A stretch of 64,000 nt of DNA, from positions 23,401 to 87,400 of the IMG/VR virus record IMGVR_UViG_3300030329_003230; one strand, given 5' to 3'. Numbering within the stretch: the first letter of the stretch is position 1; every line of letters starts with the position of its first letter. The DNA comes from a virus. Positions 38,767 through 48,946 of this stretch are shown here, one piece after another. Position numbers and translations under genes: made by a program. Below the pieces are notes generated by a model. That model worked only from the letters and a program-made list of their open reading frames with translations, ran no database searches and was not told where the DNA came from.

Positions 38767-40613
38767 TGATTTTTCACCTCTTCAAACCTATAATACAGTA
38801 ACGTGTCTCTCTTTCTTGGGGTTAAAGTGTAAAGAGTATCAAAGGTTTTTCTGGCTCCCTTTGTTATAGAAAAATCATGTAACTGGCCCATAAATTGAGT
38901 GTTTCTCGCTGTTAATCTATATGCATTTTCCCAAGGATTATGAGTAGATGGAATGTTATATTTATTCGCTAATTCCCCTTGAATAGTGTTCGCTTGAGTG
39001 TCAGTAAAATTAGCAGATTCTTTAATAATTATTACCGGCATATTAATTGTGGCCCCTGCTTCTGCTGATGGGTCATTAGTTTGACATCCAATTTGGTCCA
39101 TATTTAGAGTGCCTAAACCAGTAACATCTAATGTTTCGATTAAATTTCCATTATTATACAAATAAGCATCATTACCAGTTTTCTTTATTCTAATAATAAC
39201 ATAGTTAGAATCATCAGCAATTATTTCATTTGTACTTATTTTATTAGAACTATGAGGATGAGCGTATTCTCTAAAACCTATTTTTTTACCAGAAAATAAG
39301 ATTACATCATTCGCTGAACCAGATATATCACCACCTAATATAATCATATCAGAAGCAGTATATTTTGTAATGAGTATAATATCAAAATTAGTCCCTAAAT
39401 TAAATTGGGGATTACTACCATTAAAAACTAATAATCCAGCATCATTAAAATCAATAGTTGGATTACCATTTATTAAATTATTAAAATCTAATAATGGTAT
39501 ATCTGAACCATCTGAGGTTGCTTGTATAAGTGTGCCACCAGCACTACCTGAATTATTTATTCCTGCGAAAGTACCGTGAGCCTGTGTAAGTGGGCTTTCC
39601 CCTGAAGAATTATAACCGTCAGTATCAACCCACCAATCTGCATCTGTTTTTGTTACTGTTTGAGCAAGAGAAGCGTCTTGTCCAATATACGAATCAACTT
39701 GACCCCAATCAAATGTATCAGGATTAGCGTGAGTGTCTATTTGTGCTCTAATTCCATTAATGTAAATAGCCATATCACCAGTTGATTTATCAAAAGTAGC
39801 AGCGATGTGAAATATAGATTCAGCATATATTGCTTGTTTAGGTGCTTCAGTATAGACATTGCCAGAAACCCCACTATCAGGGATGTCCGCTGAAAAATTA
39901 ATCGTAGTTGATGATAAACTAGAAACAGTTCCAATTAACACTCCAGCACTTGTGTATAATTTTTGATTAACAGCAACATATTCTTCCGCAATATCACCAA
40001 CTGTAATTGCGGCATCAGCCGTACCACTTATGGCTAATTTAGTACTACCATCGTTAGTCACAGGAATATATTTCAATTCATCATTTGTAGCCGTATATAC
40101 CCCATCTGTTATGTTATAATATCCAGTAGTTCTTGGTGAAATTAAGGCAGAACTTTCTATTGTTTTTGTGCTACCAGTTGTTATTACTTTGAATACTATT
40201 TTGTAATCTGCTGGTTGATTATGATTAGTAGCAGCAGTAGTATTTTGTAAATATAACTGTACTTTAGAATTGGAGAATAACATCATTTTATGAGTACGCC
40301 TATCACTATAAGTAATGTAATTATAATCTTGATAGTTAGCAGGAGTACCGCTATCTTTAGTATATTGGTCTAAAGAAGGCATAACTTTCTTAGAAGAAAC
40401 AGCAGCAGCATAATTAGTAGTTAATGTAGATTTATTTCTTTCTTCCCCATATCCATTCACATCATATGGTGTAATTACAGTTTCAATAGTAAAGGAATCA
40501 TCGTGGTCCCAAAACCCTCTTACTTGAGAATCAAATGGAATTTTAATATAACCATTAGACATAACTGGAAACACAAGACCGTGTTTCTTTCCAACATAGG
40601 CTGTTAATGTCAT
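38763..40613 (-). CDS. LamG/ConA-like tail protein
   Basis: SFTIETVI...FHIAATFD...IYING...QFMGQLHDFSI...LLYYRFEE, with a second LamG-like insert. Confidence 0.7.
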   Translation of the reverse strand: MTLTAYVGKKHGLVFPVMSNGYIKIPFDSQVRGFWDHDDSFTIETVITPYDVNGYGEERNKSTLTTNYAAAVSSKKVMPSLDQYTKDSGTPANYQDYNYITYSDRRTHKMMLFSNSKVQLYLQNTTAATNHNQPADYKIVFKVITTGSTKTIESSALISPRTTGYYNITDGVYTATNDELKYIPVTNDGSTKLAISGTADAAITVGDIAEEYVAVNQKLYTSAGVLIGTVSSLSSTTINFSADIPDSGVSGNVYTEAPKQAIYAESIFHIAATFDKSTGDMAIYINGIRAQIDTHANPDTFDWGQVDSYIGQDASLAQTVTKTDADWWVDTDGYNSSGESPLTQAHGTFAGINNSGSAGGTLIQATSDGSDIPLLDFNNLINGNPTIDFNDAGLLVFNGSNPQFNLGTNFDIILITKYTASDMIILGGDISGSANDVILFSGKKIGFREYAHPHSSNKISTNEIIADDSNYVIIRIKKTGNDAYLYNNGNLIETLDVTGLGTLNMDQIGCQTNDPSAEAGATINMPVIIIKESANFTDTQANTIQGELANKYNIPSTHNPWENAYRLTARNTQFMGQLHDFSITKGARKTFDTLYTLTPRKRDTLLYYRFEEVKNQ

Positions 40614-41251
40614 TAACCTACCACCGTTGCTATTTCAAATTCTAAACTAAATTCAACAAAAGGGCTACCCCCTACTATAGTTGTAGAAAATGATTTAACA
40701 ACTCCAGATAAACCACCACTGGTTGAATCTTCGGGAAATTGAGAACCCAGTGTTGCGTTTAACAAATTACCAGAATTATCTGCTTCTCTTGTTTTCCAAG
40801 TAAAAGGAATATCTACTTCATCAGGAGAACTTCTTTGCACATAAATAGCAGCAGCACCAGACGAGGTATCATTTTCAGAAACCTTTGAAGGATAAAGAAT
40901 AGTTAACTCATCTAAATTCTGGTCTTTTTGTAATGCTGAAGAATCAACAAAAGAATGAATTAATTGAGCAACTTCAATAGCACCCATAGTAACAGAAGCG
41001 GTATGGGTTTTATTGATTATCTGTTCTGTAATAACACCACTTAGAGAAACACTTTTTGTTGACATACCTAAATCAATTCCTATTACTTGAGATTCCCCAC
41101 TAATAAAACCTGAAGCGGGAATAGGAAATGTTGGGGCTACTTTATTCGTAGTTATTTGGATTTGTTCTGCCTGCAAAGCAATGGTATCTGTCATATTATT
41201 AGCGTTAGTTCTTCGACCAAGACTAAGAAAAACATCATGCGTTATTGCCAT
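40613..41251 (-). CDS. Probable distal tail (Dit-like) protein
   Basis: Position directly after the tape measure; IDLG...VSLSGVI. Confidence 0.5.
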   Translation of the reverse strand: MAITHDVFLSLGRRTNANNMTDTIALQAEQIQITTNKVAPTFPIPASGFISGESQVIGIDLGMSTKSVSLSGVITEQIINKTHTASVTMGAIEVAQLIHSFVDSSALQKDQNLDELTILYPSKVSENDTSSGAAAIYVQRSSPDEVDIPFTWKTREADNSGNLLNATLGSQFPEDSTSGGLSGVVKSFSTTIVGGSPFVEFSLEFEIATVVG

Positions 41252-41253
41252 AT

Positions 41254-42882
41254 TCAGAACCTCACTGGAGTAGATGTACTTCTGCTAATATTCTTTAATA
41301 CTTTATTTCCAATCTTCTTAGCAATTTCATCTAATTCTCTATCTGATGCACCAACCCTACCTTGAACATTAACTGTAATATTATTTCCACCCCTTGGCCC
41401 ATTAATATTAGGAGAAGATAATGGAGTAACTTGAACAAGTTCTTTTCCGCCGGGGTTATCTCCAACCAAAAGAGGAGTAGGACCACTGGTAATGAAATTA
41501 GCACCAGTTGCTGCTCTATTAGAGAAGAAACCAGAGACTGTTCCAATTAATCCCTTTCCAGTGATAATTTTTAATAGTCTATCTATAGCAATACCTATTG
41601 CAACAGAAGCAGCAACAAATGGACCAAATATTGGAGCAAGGGCTGTTGCTAATCCCACAACAGCAAAGCTAAGAAGGACCGATTTAATTACTCTACCTAA
41701 ACCTTTAGTTTGTTGAGTTAATAAATTGTCCATTCCTTTAATTATATTTTCAGGTAGTTCTTTAATAAGTGTACTAACAAAAGAACCTACATTTTCAGCA
41801 AGCATTGGTAAAAATACCTTTACTAATAAACTCATTAAACCCCCCACTATAGTACCTAATAATTGTAAAACTGCCCCTAATGAATAACCCACAATATTAA
41901 CTAAACCACTATAAATTCGCTCCGCTGCTCTTTCGGCTCTATCTGAATTACCTTGAAATAAACCAATAACTAAATCTACCATACTGAATAAAGTAGCAGC
42001 AGCCCAATACAGTGTTTTACCTAATGAAACTACAACTGAAAAGAGATTAGAACCTAACCATTTAACAGCGGAAAATATTGCATCTACAGTCTCCTTAAAC
42101 GCCCCTCCTGATTTGTATAATTGTCTTAAAGTAAAGACGGCTAAACCTAGGAGGGTTCCCCAAAATATTACTTTAGCAAATATTTCTAATCCTTTCTTTA
42201 AGTAACCCATCAATAATTTACCCATCGCTTGAGTATCTTGAAATTTACTTCTAAATCCTTCAATAGATTCATCTATTTTGTCCTTTTCTTCCTTATACAT
42301 TTCTAGTGCTTTAGCAACTCCATCCTTTCCTTGTAATAATACTAAAGACTCCGCTAAATCCATTCCAGCAACTGCTTCTTGAAGTTGTTTTTTACTCATG
42401 CCCTCTACATTAATACCCTTTAATTTTTTAGTTATTTCATCATATTCTTCCTGAGCACTCGCTAATTTACTCAAATTTTCTGCTTGCTCGATTAATCCTT
42501 TCTTATTTTTATCTTGAACCTTGTAAAAAACAGCAAACCCATCTGCGACTGCTCTAATTTTATTTTGAACTTTCCATAAAGGGCTACCAGAAATTAAACG
42601 ACTAACAGCCGTCCAAGCTTTACTTTCTGAAGATGCTTTTGCTAAACTTCTTCCCCAACCATCCATACTTTGGGAAGAAACATCAACTAAACTGGAGAAT
42701 TTAGAATATACTTTTATCTGTTTTTCCGCTTCTTTTACCTGCTCTTTTACTTCTTCAGTAACACTTTCTTGTGCTTTTTTCTGTACTGATAATGCTTCTG
42801 TTAATGCGGGGAATATGGTATATACTAAATGGTTCATATCTCGACCTAATTGTTCTATACTCCCCGCAGCCAGCCCAATCAC
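41254..42882 (-). CDS. Tape measure protein
   Basis: Helical N-terminus, hydrophobic central segments, C-terminal A.G......P.LVG...G.E.V.PL...NITVNV; follows the frameshifted chaperone. Start uncertain. Confidence 0.8.
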   Translation of the reverse strand: MIGLAAGSIEQLGRDMNHLVYTIFPALTEALSVQKKAQESVTEEVKEQVKEAEKQIKVYSKFSSLVDVSSQSMDGWGRSLAKASSESKAWTAVSRLISGSPLWKVQNKIRAVADGFAVFYKVQDKNKKGLIEQAENLSKLASAQEEYDEITKKLKGINVEGMSKKQLQEAVAGMDLAESLVLLQGKDGVAKALEMYKEEKDKIDESIEGFRSKFQDTQAMGKLLMGYLKKGLEIFAKVIFWGTLLGLAVFTLRQLYKSGGAFKETVDAIFSAVKWLGSNLFSVVVSLGKTLYWAAATLFSMVDLVIGLFQGNSDRAERAAERIYSGLVNIVGYSLGAVLQLLGTIVGGLMSLLVKVFLPMLAENVGSFVSTLIKELPENIIKGMDNLLTQQTKGLGRVIKSVLLSFAVVGLATALAPIFGPFVAASVAIGIAIDRLLKIITGKGLIGTVSGFFSNRAATGANFITSGPTPLLVGDNPGGKELVQVTPLSSPNINGPRGGNNITVNVQGRVGASDRELDEIAKKIGNKVLKNISRSTSTPVRF

Positions 42883-43090
42883 CCCTTCATTTTCTTCTGT
42901 ATCTCCTCAGCTTCTAACTCTTTCATTGTAATATGTATAAATAATAACTCCTTAAACATTGAATATGGTAATTGATAAAGTTCTAATGGGCTCACTCCTA
43001 ATCCTTTTGATAGTGTATATAATGCAACTTTGGATGTAATACTAAAGTCTTTTTTTCTACCTCTAATTACATCCGTTATTCTTTTTTTTC
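42879..43090 (-). CDS. -1 frameshift extension of the tail assembly chaperone (gpGT-like)
   Basis: Slippery GAA AAA AAA GAA TAA; the -1 frame is open: RITDVIRGRKK...YTLSKGLGVSPLELYQLP...EAEEIQKKMKG*, ending at the TMP start. Confidence 0.75.
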
Positions 43091-43441
43091 TTCTTCTTCG
43101 TTTCCACCCATAACGTTTGGTAAGATTTCTTTAATTTGATTACCAACATATGGGGTTAATCTAAGTAAATCTACTGCACTAAGATTTGGTTCAGTCTTTT
43201 CAATAAAAGTTTCAAATAAATATCGAGTGGCTTCAGCCATATTAATATCTACTTCTTGAGTTCTTGGGTTAACTTTTACTAATTTCATTTGTGCTTTTTC
43301 TACTTCCAAAAAAGTGGGTTCTTTAACCCAAACTTTCAGGTATTCATCCGAATCAGGTTCTACCCTGATATAATGCACTTCTGTTTCTTGTTTTGCAAAC
43401 AAGTTCGCTTTATTACTAACAATTTTCTTTTCTTCTAACAT
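43076..43441 (-). CDS. Tail assembly chaperone (gpG-like)
   Basis: Between tail tube and TMP; start ATG at 43441 after a GGTGGAG SD. Confidence 0.75.
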   Translation of the reverse strand: MLEEKKIVSNKANLFAKQETEVHYIRVEPDSDEYLKVWVKEPTFLEVEKAQMKLVKVNPRTQEVDINMAEATRYLFETFIEKTEPNLSAVDLLRLTPYVGNQIKEILPNVMGGNEEEEKKE

Positions 43442-43501
43442 TTTTTCTCCACCTTTTTTTACCAACAAACAAACAAACGGTGTTGGTGGAACGCAATATT
43501 A

Positions 43502-43660
43502 TCAAGCGGATTTGGAATTCTCTTCCTTAACCTCCGCTTTAGCCGCTTTCTTCTCTGCGGCTTTCTTAGCCCTTTCAGCCTTAGCCGCTGCTTTTGCGGC
43601 TTTAACATCATTTTCTATTTTTAATTTTAATTTATCAGTATAAGAATAACCTTGTCCCAT
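43502..43660 (-). CDS. Unannotated 52-aa Lys/Ala-rich basic protein
   Basis: GGTGA SD; MGQGYSYTDKLKLKIENDVKAAKAAAKAERAKKAAEKKAAKAEVKEENSKSA. Confidence 0.6.
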   Translation of the reverse strand: MGQGYSYTDKLKLKIENDVKAAKAAAKAERAKKAAEKKAAKAEVKEENSKSA

Positions 43661-43664
43661 TTAA

Positions 43665-45236
43665 TCACCCCATTAAAGCGGCATGAGTAATAATAGTGCA
43701 GCCATTCGTTTTTAATCCTCTTGGCATTACAGTTGCCTCAACAGTTACTGGCCCTTTATCCTCAGGGATAGTCCAATTAGCAGCATTTGTAAAATAATTT
43801 TCAAATTCTAATTTAATTTGCTCACCATTTGATTTATCAAATTGTAAAGTGATATCATATGTTGTTTCTTCATCTGAACGAATAAATTCTCTAAATAATT
43901 TATCGTCTGTCACTAATGCTGTAAATGATAATTCATATGTTCTTTGAGCAGGTATTCCTTGTTTAATCCCTCTATCTTGCATTCCTACAAATCTTTTATC
44001 TTGTATATTATTATTGATAGTTAAAGTAAGATTAGTTATTTTTAATAATTGTTGATTATAGATAGTAATTGTTCCATCAGTAAAGAAGAAAGGCTCAAGA
44101 TGTCCTGATTGAGCACCCTTTCTATTAGAAAAGTTTTCAACTTCTTGATTTCTACGTGCATACATCTCTTCATCAATATCTAATTCAGTAACTGCTGAAG
44201 TGTTTAAATCCATAGTCATTTTAACTTCTTCATTTTCATTAGCAGTTAATGTTAGAGTATTAATTCTATTACCCCTCGCTACCCTGACAAAAGTATGACT
44301 TTCTGTTGCCGCTGAATCAATATCAGTTTTGTAAGTATTAGTGCTCTCTAATTTAGAAATAGATTGTTCTAAAGCAAAAGAAGGGAGTTTAGCCGTATCT
44401 TGTTCATTGATAATATAGGTAATAAAATTACTTTCAAAATTACTTACGGATAATGCAGACAAAGAAATTAATTGACCTACTGTTGTATCCGTTGGCATTA
44501 AAGGAGGAACTATTTCTGTTCCTATTGTTCTGTAAAAGATTGGCCCATCTTCAATATGTGCAGTATCATTATGTAAGAAAGTTGCTTGGTCTGCTGACGC
44601 CACATCAAAGGGAGCAGAAAAACCACTTGAAGTAGCGGCTGAACGAATACCCGCAGGAACCGTTGTTGTGCTACATTTACCTAAAGCATAGTAAAGCCAA
44701 TGTCCTTGATTGGCAATTAAATTAATATTCCCACCAGAAGCAGTTTCAATCCCTTTGAACTGATGAGTAAAGTTTCTTGTGCCACCAAGAGCCAAATTTA
44801 ACTGCCTCATTTCTACATCTATATTAGGAAAAGTTGCACTCTCTACTAAACCTAAAGAATTATCAGCGTTTAAAGTCGCTATACTAGTATCTTGAGCAGG
44901 TGCAGGGCAAGGTGCTGCATATCCTCTAATAACATAATAGTCATTAGTAGCAGTTGATTTTGCTACAGGAGTAAAAGTTATTGTTGCAGCAGCAGTACTA
45001 TTACCTGAATTACCAGTGATAGTGTGAGTTGATTCTAATACATCAGAATTATTATATCTATCAATAGTGCAGCCAACATATAAATCCTTAATTAAACGGA
45101 AATGAGTTTGGTCGGCATGAAAGGTAATTGTTGATTCATTACCACTAACTGCTGTCTTTTGAACATAAAAATCAACTTCAGGAACAAAACTTAGTGTTGC
45201 TCCGCTTCCTAAAAATATTTCTTCGTTTTTTGCCAT
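43665..45236 (-). CDS. Major tail tube protein
   Basis: ASGGNINL...WLYYALG, LPSFALE, PFFFTDG, TLTINNN...R.YELSF; position before the chaperone. Confidence 0.75.
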   Translation of the reverse strand: MAKNEEIFLGSGATLSFVPEVDFYVQKTAVSGNESTITFHADQTHFRLIKDLYVGCTIDRYNNSDVLESTHTITGNSGNSTAAATITFTPVAKSTATNDYYVIRGYAAPCPAPAQDTSIATLNADNSLGLVESATFPNIDVEMRQLNLALGGTRNFTHQFKGIETASGGNINLIANQGHWLYYALGKCSTTTVPAGIRSAATSSGFSAPFDVASADQATFLHNDTAHIEDGPIFYRTIGTEIVPPLMPTDTTVGQLISLSALSVSNFESNFITYIINEQDTAKLPSFALEQSISKLESTNTYKTDIDSAATESHTFVRVARGNRINTLTLTANENEEVKMTMDLNTSAVTELDIDEEMYARRNQEVENFSNRKGAQSGHLEPFFFTDGTITIYNQQLLKITNLTLTINNNIQDKRFVGMQDRGIKQGIPAQRTYELSFTALVTDDKLFREFIRSDEETTYDITLQFDKSNGEQIKLEFENYFTNAANWTIPEDKGPVTVEATVMPRGLKTNGCTIITHAALMG

Positions 45237-45265
45237 TTATTCTTCACCTTCTTTTACTTACGTAC

Positions 45266-45853
45266 CTACACGGCTACGGCGAATTTTTTCATTGTAACAT
45301 TAACCTTGTAACCCAATAACCTTTTCGCCTTATTATTGGATTCCGTTCTTCCTCCTACTATTATGTGGTTCATTTTCAAGGAATCGCTACCAATTGTTAC
45401 TGTTTCTCCTTTCCTTTTTGATTCTAATGTGTATCTAAGAGATTTATACAAGCTTTCCAATCTATGATGTGCATACATGTTATCGGCTGCCCTTGTATCT
45501 CCTCCGCTAATTGTCCGTATATGACACGTTATATTATATGTTTCATTCCTAACATCCCAATGTATAGTAGGATATTCTATATTTTGTCCATCTTCAAACA
45601 CCACAATTAGGTCAGAAGAAGTAGCAGAACCTATTACTGGACTAGTCTGATTTAACAGACTATATTGCCTAGCTTGACCTCTACTTATTTTACCAGATGT
45701 TCCATCAGTAGAGCCACCAGAAGATAAATTCCTAATATCCAAAATTGTAGGTTTAACCCTATGAGCAGTAGCAATTCCTAATGTATTCTGCATAACGCTA
45801 GTACTAGGCCAATGAGTCCTTATGAGATTGACCGCATAAGTTACTTCATCCAT
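45266..45853 (-). CDS. Probable tail terminator/completion protein
   Basis: Position between the head-tail adaptor and the tail tube. Confidence 0.5.
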   Translation of the reverse strand: MDEVTYAVNLIRTHWPSTSVMQNTLGIATAHRVKPTILDIRNLSSGGSTDGTSGKISRGQARQYSLLNQTSPVIGSATSSDLIVVFEDGQNIEYPTIHWDVRNETYNITCHIRTISGGDTRAADNMYAHHRLESLYKSLRYTLESKRKGETVTIGSDSLKMNHIIVGGRTESNNKAKRLLGYKVNVTMKKFAVAV

Positions 45854-46041
45854 TATATTCCACTTTCCTTCATTGATTTATCAATCATATTAACGAGTTC
45901 TTTTTCGATTCCCTCAACTATAAATGCCATTATTTCTTCATCAGAATAAGTAAATGCTCCTAAACCTGTATCTTGAAATAATCTATTTCTTTCTTCGTAC
46001 ATTTCCTGTATTCTTTTAGTGATACGTATAATATCACTCAA
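45853..46041 (-). CDS. Small neck-region protein
   Basis: Coupled to both neighbours. Confidence 0.45.
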   Translation of the reverse strand: MSDIIRITKRIQEMYEERNRLFQDTGLGAFTYSDEEIMAFIVEGIEKELVNMIDKSMKESGI

Positions 46042-47152
46042 TCAAGAACACCCCTTCTTGTTTACCGTTAATTATTTCCATAGCTTCTGTTCTTAAAATA
46101 TCATATTTTTCTTTAACAGATATTTGATTTCCAGACTCAGTAATAAGTACAGTTGCATCATCTGAGCGTAATATTTCACAAGCAACTAATTTAGTTGCAG
46201 CATCAGTAATTACTGCTGGGACTGTGCCACTACCAGCAAAATAAGTAGCCCTAACAGAATTAAGATGAATATATGGATATTTATCTCTAAAGAAAATCCT
46301 ACCTTCTCTACCTATTTTCCACCACTCCTCTTTTCTACCACTATCTTCTTTATCAGTAAATGCGCTAACTTCTATACCCTGAACAGAAGTAGTGGCTGCA
46401 TTCCCATTCATGTATATGGTACAGTTAGCACCATCATCACTTGGTAATAATGATGAAATTAGAACTTTATTGGAATTTTCTGAATCAAGACAAGCATAGA
46501 AAAAATCTGAAACTTGTTTAGCACCAGTAGAATCCGTCTGCCCTTTTGCCTGAGTCGCTCCTGTTAATGCAGCAGTTTGAGAAGGATACTTTTCATTAAT
46601 GAGTGAAACAAGTTCCCTAGCGGCAGTTTTATTTCCATAAGTAGTATCGAATCTTGAATTTGTAGTGCCGGCAAGTAAATTGAAAACTAAACCACTATTA
46701 GGTAAACGAAGATTAATTGTGGTTGTTCCACTAACCATTGAAGTATAATCATTCATTGTTACAGACGCTTCTGCACCACAAATATTAGTCCATTGGGTTC
46801 CTTCCCAAATGTCTAATCTAATCATTTTAGAAATACTATGTCTGTCTAATTGAACAAAACCAAGATAATCTCTCCATCTTCCAGCAGGGTAATGTCCTAT
46901 TCCCGTTGTGAAATTATGGTGTTCATCTTGATAAAGCAGCCTTCTCCAAGAAGTCTTAGTTTTACTATCAATGAAATCTTCAATCCTTTTTATGAATTCT
47001 CCAACTTCAGAATGCATAGGTGTTGTATTAGCAGTAAAGTTAGGAATCTGTAGAAGTTCTGCTACTTTAGAAGAAGTAGTATAATATCCATTACCTGTGG
47101 AATAATTAGCATTAATAACTGTTGTATCTGAAGGAGACTTATACTGTGCCAT
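46034..47152 (-). CDS. Head-tail adaptor (SPP1 gp15/HK97 gp6-like) with insertion
   Basis: YTTSSKVAELL...IEDFIDSKT and VRATYFAG...VPAVITDAATKLVA. Confidence 0.65.
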   Translation of the reverse strand: MAQYKSPSDTTVINANYSTGNGYYTTSSKVAELLQIPNFTANTTPMHSEVGEFIKRIEDFIDSKTKTSWRRLLYQDEHHNFTTGIGHYPAGRWRDYLGFVQLDRHSISKMIRLDIWEGTQWTNICGAEASVTMNDYTSMVSGTTTINLRLPNSGLVFNLLAGTTNSRFDTTYGNKTAARELVSLINEKYPSQTAALTGATQAKGQTDSTGAKQVSDFFYACLDSENSNKVLISSLLPSDDGANCTIYMNGNAATTSVQGIEVSAFTDKEDSGRKEEWWKIGREGRIFFRDKYPYIHLNSVRATYFAGSGTVPAVITDAATKLVACEILRSDDATVLITESGNQISVKEKYDILRTEAMEIINGKQEGVFLIE

Positions 47153-47154
47153 AA

Positions 47155-48213
47155 CTAATTCTCCGAACCTTCTGGAATATTATTTACTGCTCTTTCTAGT
47201 TTGTTTAATTTACCTCTAATGAATTTGAAATAATTACTCAACTGAAGGTTAGCAGTTTCTTCTGGTTTAACTTCTAAAAGATTTTTAGGGTCAACTTCTT
47301 CCCCCTCAAGGAAAACTCTACCTTTAAATTCTGATAAATTTATAACTTTAATAGACACTTTATCTACAGTTTCTCTAAAAGTAACTATAAATTCTAATTT
47401 TATATCATATATATGACGTGGATTAATTGGGAATCTTATATCTTCTAATATTAGCTGTTTATTATCGAATATAAAATCCTTAATTATTTTAGGGGATTCT
47501 CCAACATAATCATACAATACTGATATTCCGCCTTTCTTTCGACCAGATAACATATTTTTTAGGTTCTTATCTTTAAATTCTAAATCATCAGTATCTATAC
47601 TTACATTGATTTTTTCATTTATATTAAGGCCTGAAGAAACAGTTTCTTCTATACCTTGTATTGTTTCCCCTTTCAAATTTTTAATTTTTAAATTTTTATC
47701 AGAAAACTCTAACTTTAGTGAAAAACTATTCTTATCAGACTTAGTTTCAGTGATGTATTTTTTAAAAATATTCTTAATAAAATCATCATCAGATAATGTT
47801 TCAAGTATTGAAATTTCAGAAGTTTCTGTTTCTTTCTTTGCTTTATCAGAAGAAACGTCCTCTATTTTGAAATTAACATCTAACTCTTCGATTTTTAACA
47901 TTTCTTTTGTTTTATTATCTATGTAAATGTCTGAGTCTTCAATCTCTTGTCTTAATTTTGAAGCTCTTAATTTATCTAATGTTTGTTCACTTAAGTTTTT
48001 TAGATAGTCTTCATGCTCTTTAGTATAATTAAGAGCCATTTCTTCATCCATTTCTTCTAAAAACTGAACCATCCATTCAAATTCTCTTGGTCCTCTTGGG
48101 TATTTTAATACATATTTTTTAAAACTGGGTAATAATACCTCTGTTAAATCTGTATTTTTTAATCTACCAGCATCGTTAAACCAAGGAAAATCCATACTAA
48201 TCAAGCCAACCAT
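47155..48213 (-). CDS. Hypothetical charged protein
   Basis: Long ORF in the late operon. Confidence 0.55.
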   Translation of the reverse strand: MVGLISMDFPWFNDAGRLKNTDLTEVLLPSFKKYVLKYPRGPREFEWMVQFLEEMDEEMALNYTKEHEDYLKNLSEQTLDKLRASKLRQEIEDSDIYIDNKTKEMLKIEELDVNFKIEDVSSDKAKKETETSEISILETLSDDDFIKNIFKKYITETKSDKNSFSLKLEFSDKNLKIKNLKGETIQGIEETVSSGLNINEKINVSIDTDDLEFKDKNLKNMLSGRKKGGISVLYDYVGESPKIIKDFIFDNKQLILEDIRFPINPRHIYDIKLEFIVTFRETVDKVSIKVINLSEFKGRVFLEGEEVDPKNLLEVKPEETANLQLSNYFKFIRGKLNKLERAVNNIPEGSEN

Positions 48214-48944
48214 TTAGCCCAAGCAGCGCCCTTGGAAATCATTTTACTTAATCCTAATCCGCTATTTGGTGGGCTATAGGTCGCTTGACCAGTAGCAGGG
48301 TCAATCCAATATGGATTATTGTAATTATCATAACCCGCTGGAGGAACAGGATATCCTGATTGATTATTAAATGCCTGTTGTTGATTCATCATTTGTTGAT
48401 TCATTCCACCTTGAGGGGGAGCACCTTGAATGGGCATACCATTTGGACCAACTCCTGCGCCCTGCATTCCCATTGCTGCTCCACCAACCATAGCTCCACC
48501 AGCCGCCGCAGCCGCTCCTGCCATTTGTGGATTAGCACCATCACCAAAACCTTGAGCCTCTAAATATTGACTCTTAGCCATCTGTCTTTGATAGACAACT
48601 TCAGAGTTAACAGAAGCAGTCAAAATTTTCTGTATATCTAATTCTATATTTTCTTCTGTAATTTGTTGGTATTTGGTTAAACAAGTCTTTTCTAAAGTTA
48701 TATCTCCTTGAGTTGGTTCTAATTTAAAATGTAAATCAGCAAGCATTGCACTCACTACTCTTTGTACTACATCTTCTAATAATTTCTCAAATGTAGTCAA
48801 AAAAGCTTCACCATGATAAAGTAAAAATTCTTCAACATGATTATCTTGTAAAGTCAAAAGATTATTCATTGCTTTGAAATTACTCTGATTATTATTCTGC
48901 ATCTGTGTCGCTAATGCGCCATTACTTGTTCCGAAAAGTCCCAT
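48201..48944 (-). CDS. Low-complexity Q/G/P/M-rich protein of the GTPase operon
   Basis: MGLFG N-terminus, helical core, GYPVPPAGYD...PYW, amphipathic C-terminus. Confidence 0.65.
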   Translation of the reverse strand: MGLFGTSNGALATQMQNNNQSNFKAMNNLLTLQDNHVEEFLLYHGEAFLTTFEKLLEDVVQRVVSAMLADLHFKLEPTQGDITLEKTCLTKYQQITEENIELDIQKILTASVNSEVVYQRQMAKSQYLEAQGFGDGANPQMAGAAAAAGGAMVGGAAMGMQGAGVGPNGMPIQGAPPQGGMNQQMMNQQQAFNNQSGYPVPPAGYDNYNNPYWIDPATGQATYSPPNSGLGLSKMISKGAAWAKWLA

Positions 48945-48946
48945 AT

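Noticed and set aside
27049-40613. Diversity-generating retroelement targeting tail fibres
   Set aside because: No reverse transcriptase and no template/variable repeat pair noticed in the window.
43665-45236. Contractile tail sheath
   Set aside because: The sequence pattern and position fit a siphovirus tail tube; no separate tube or baseplate wedge genes were seen.
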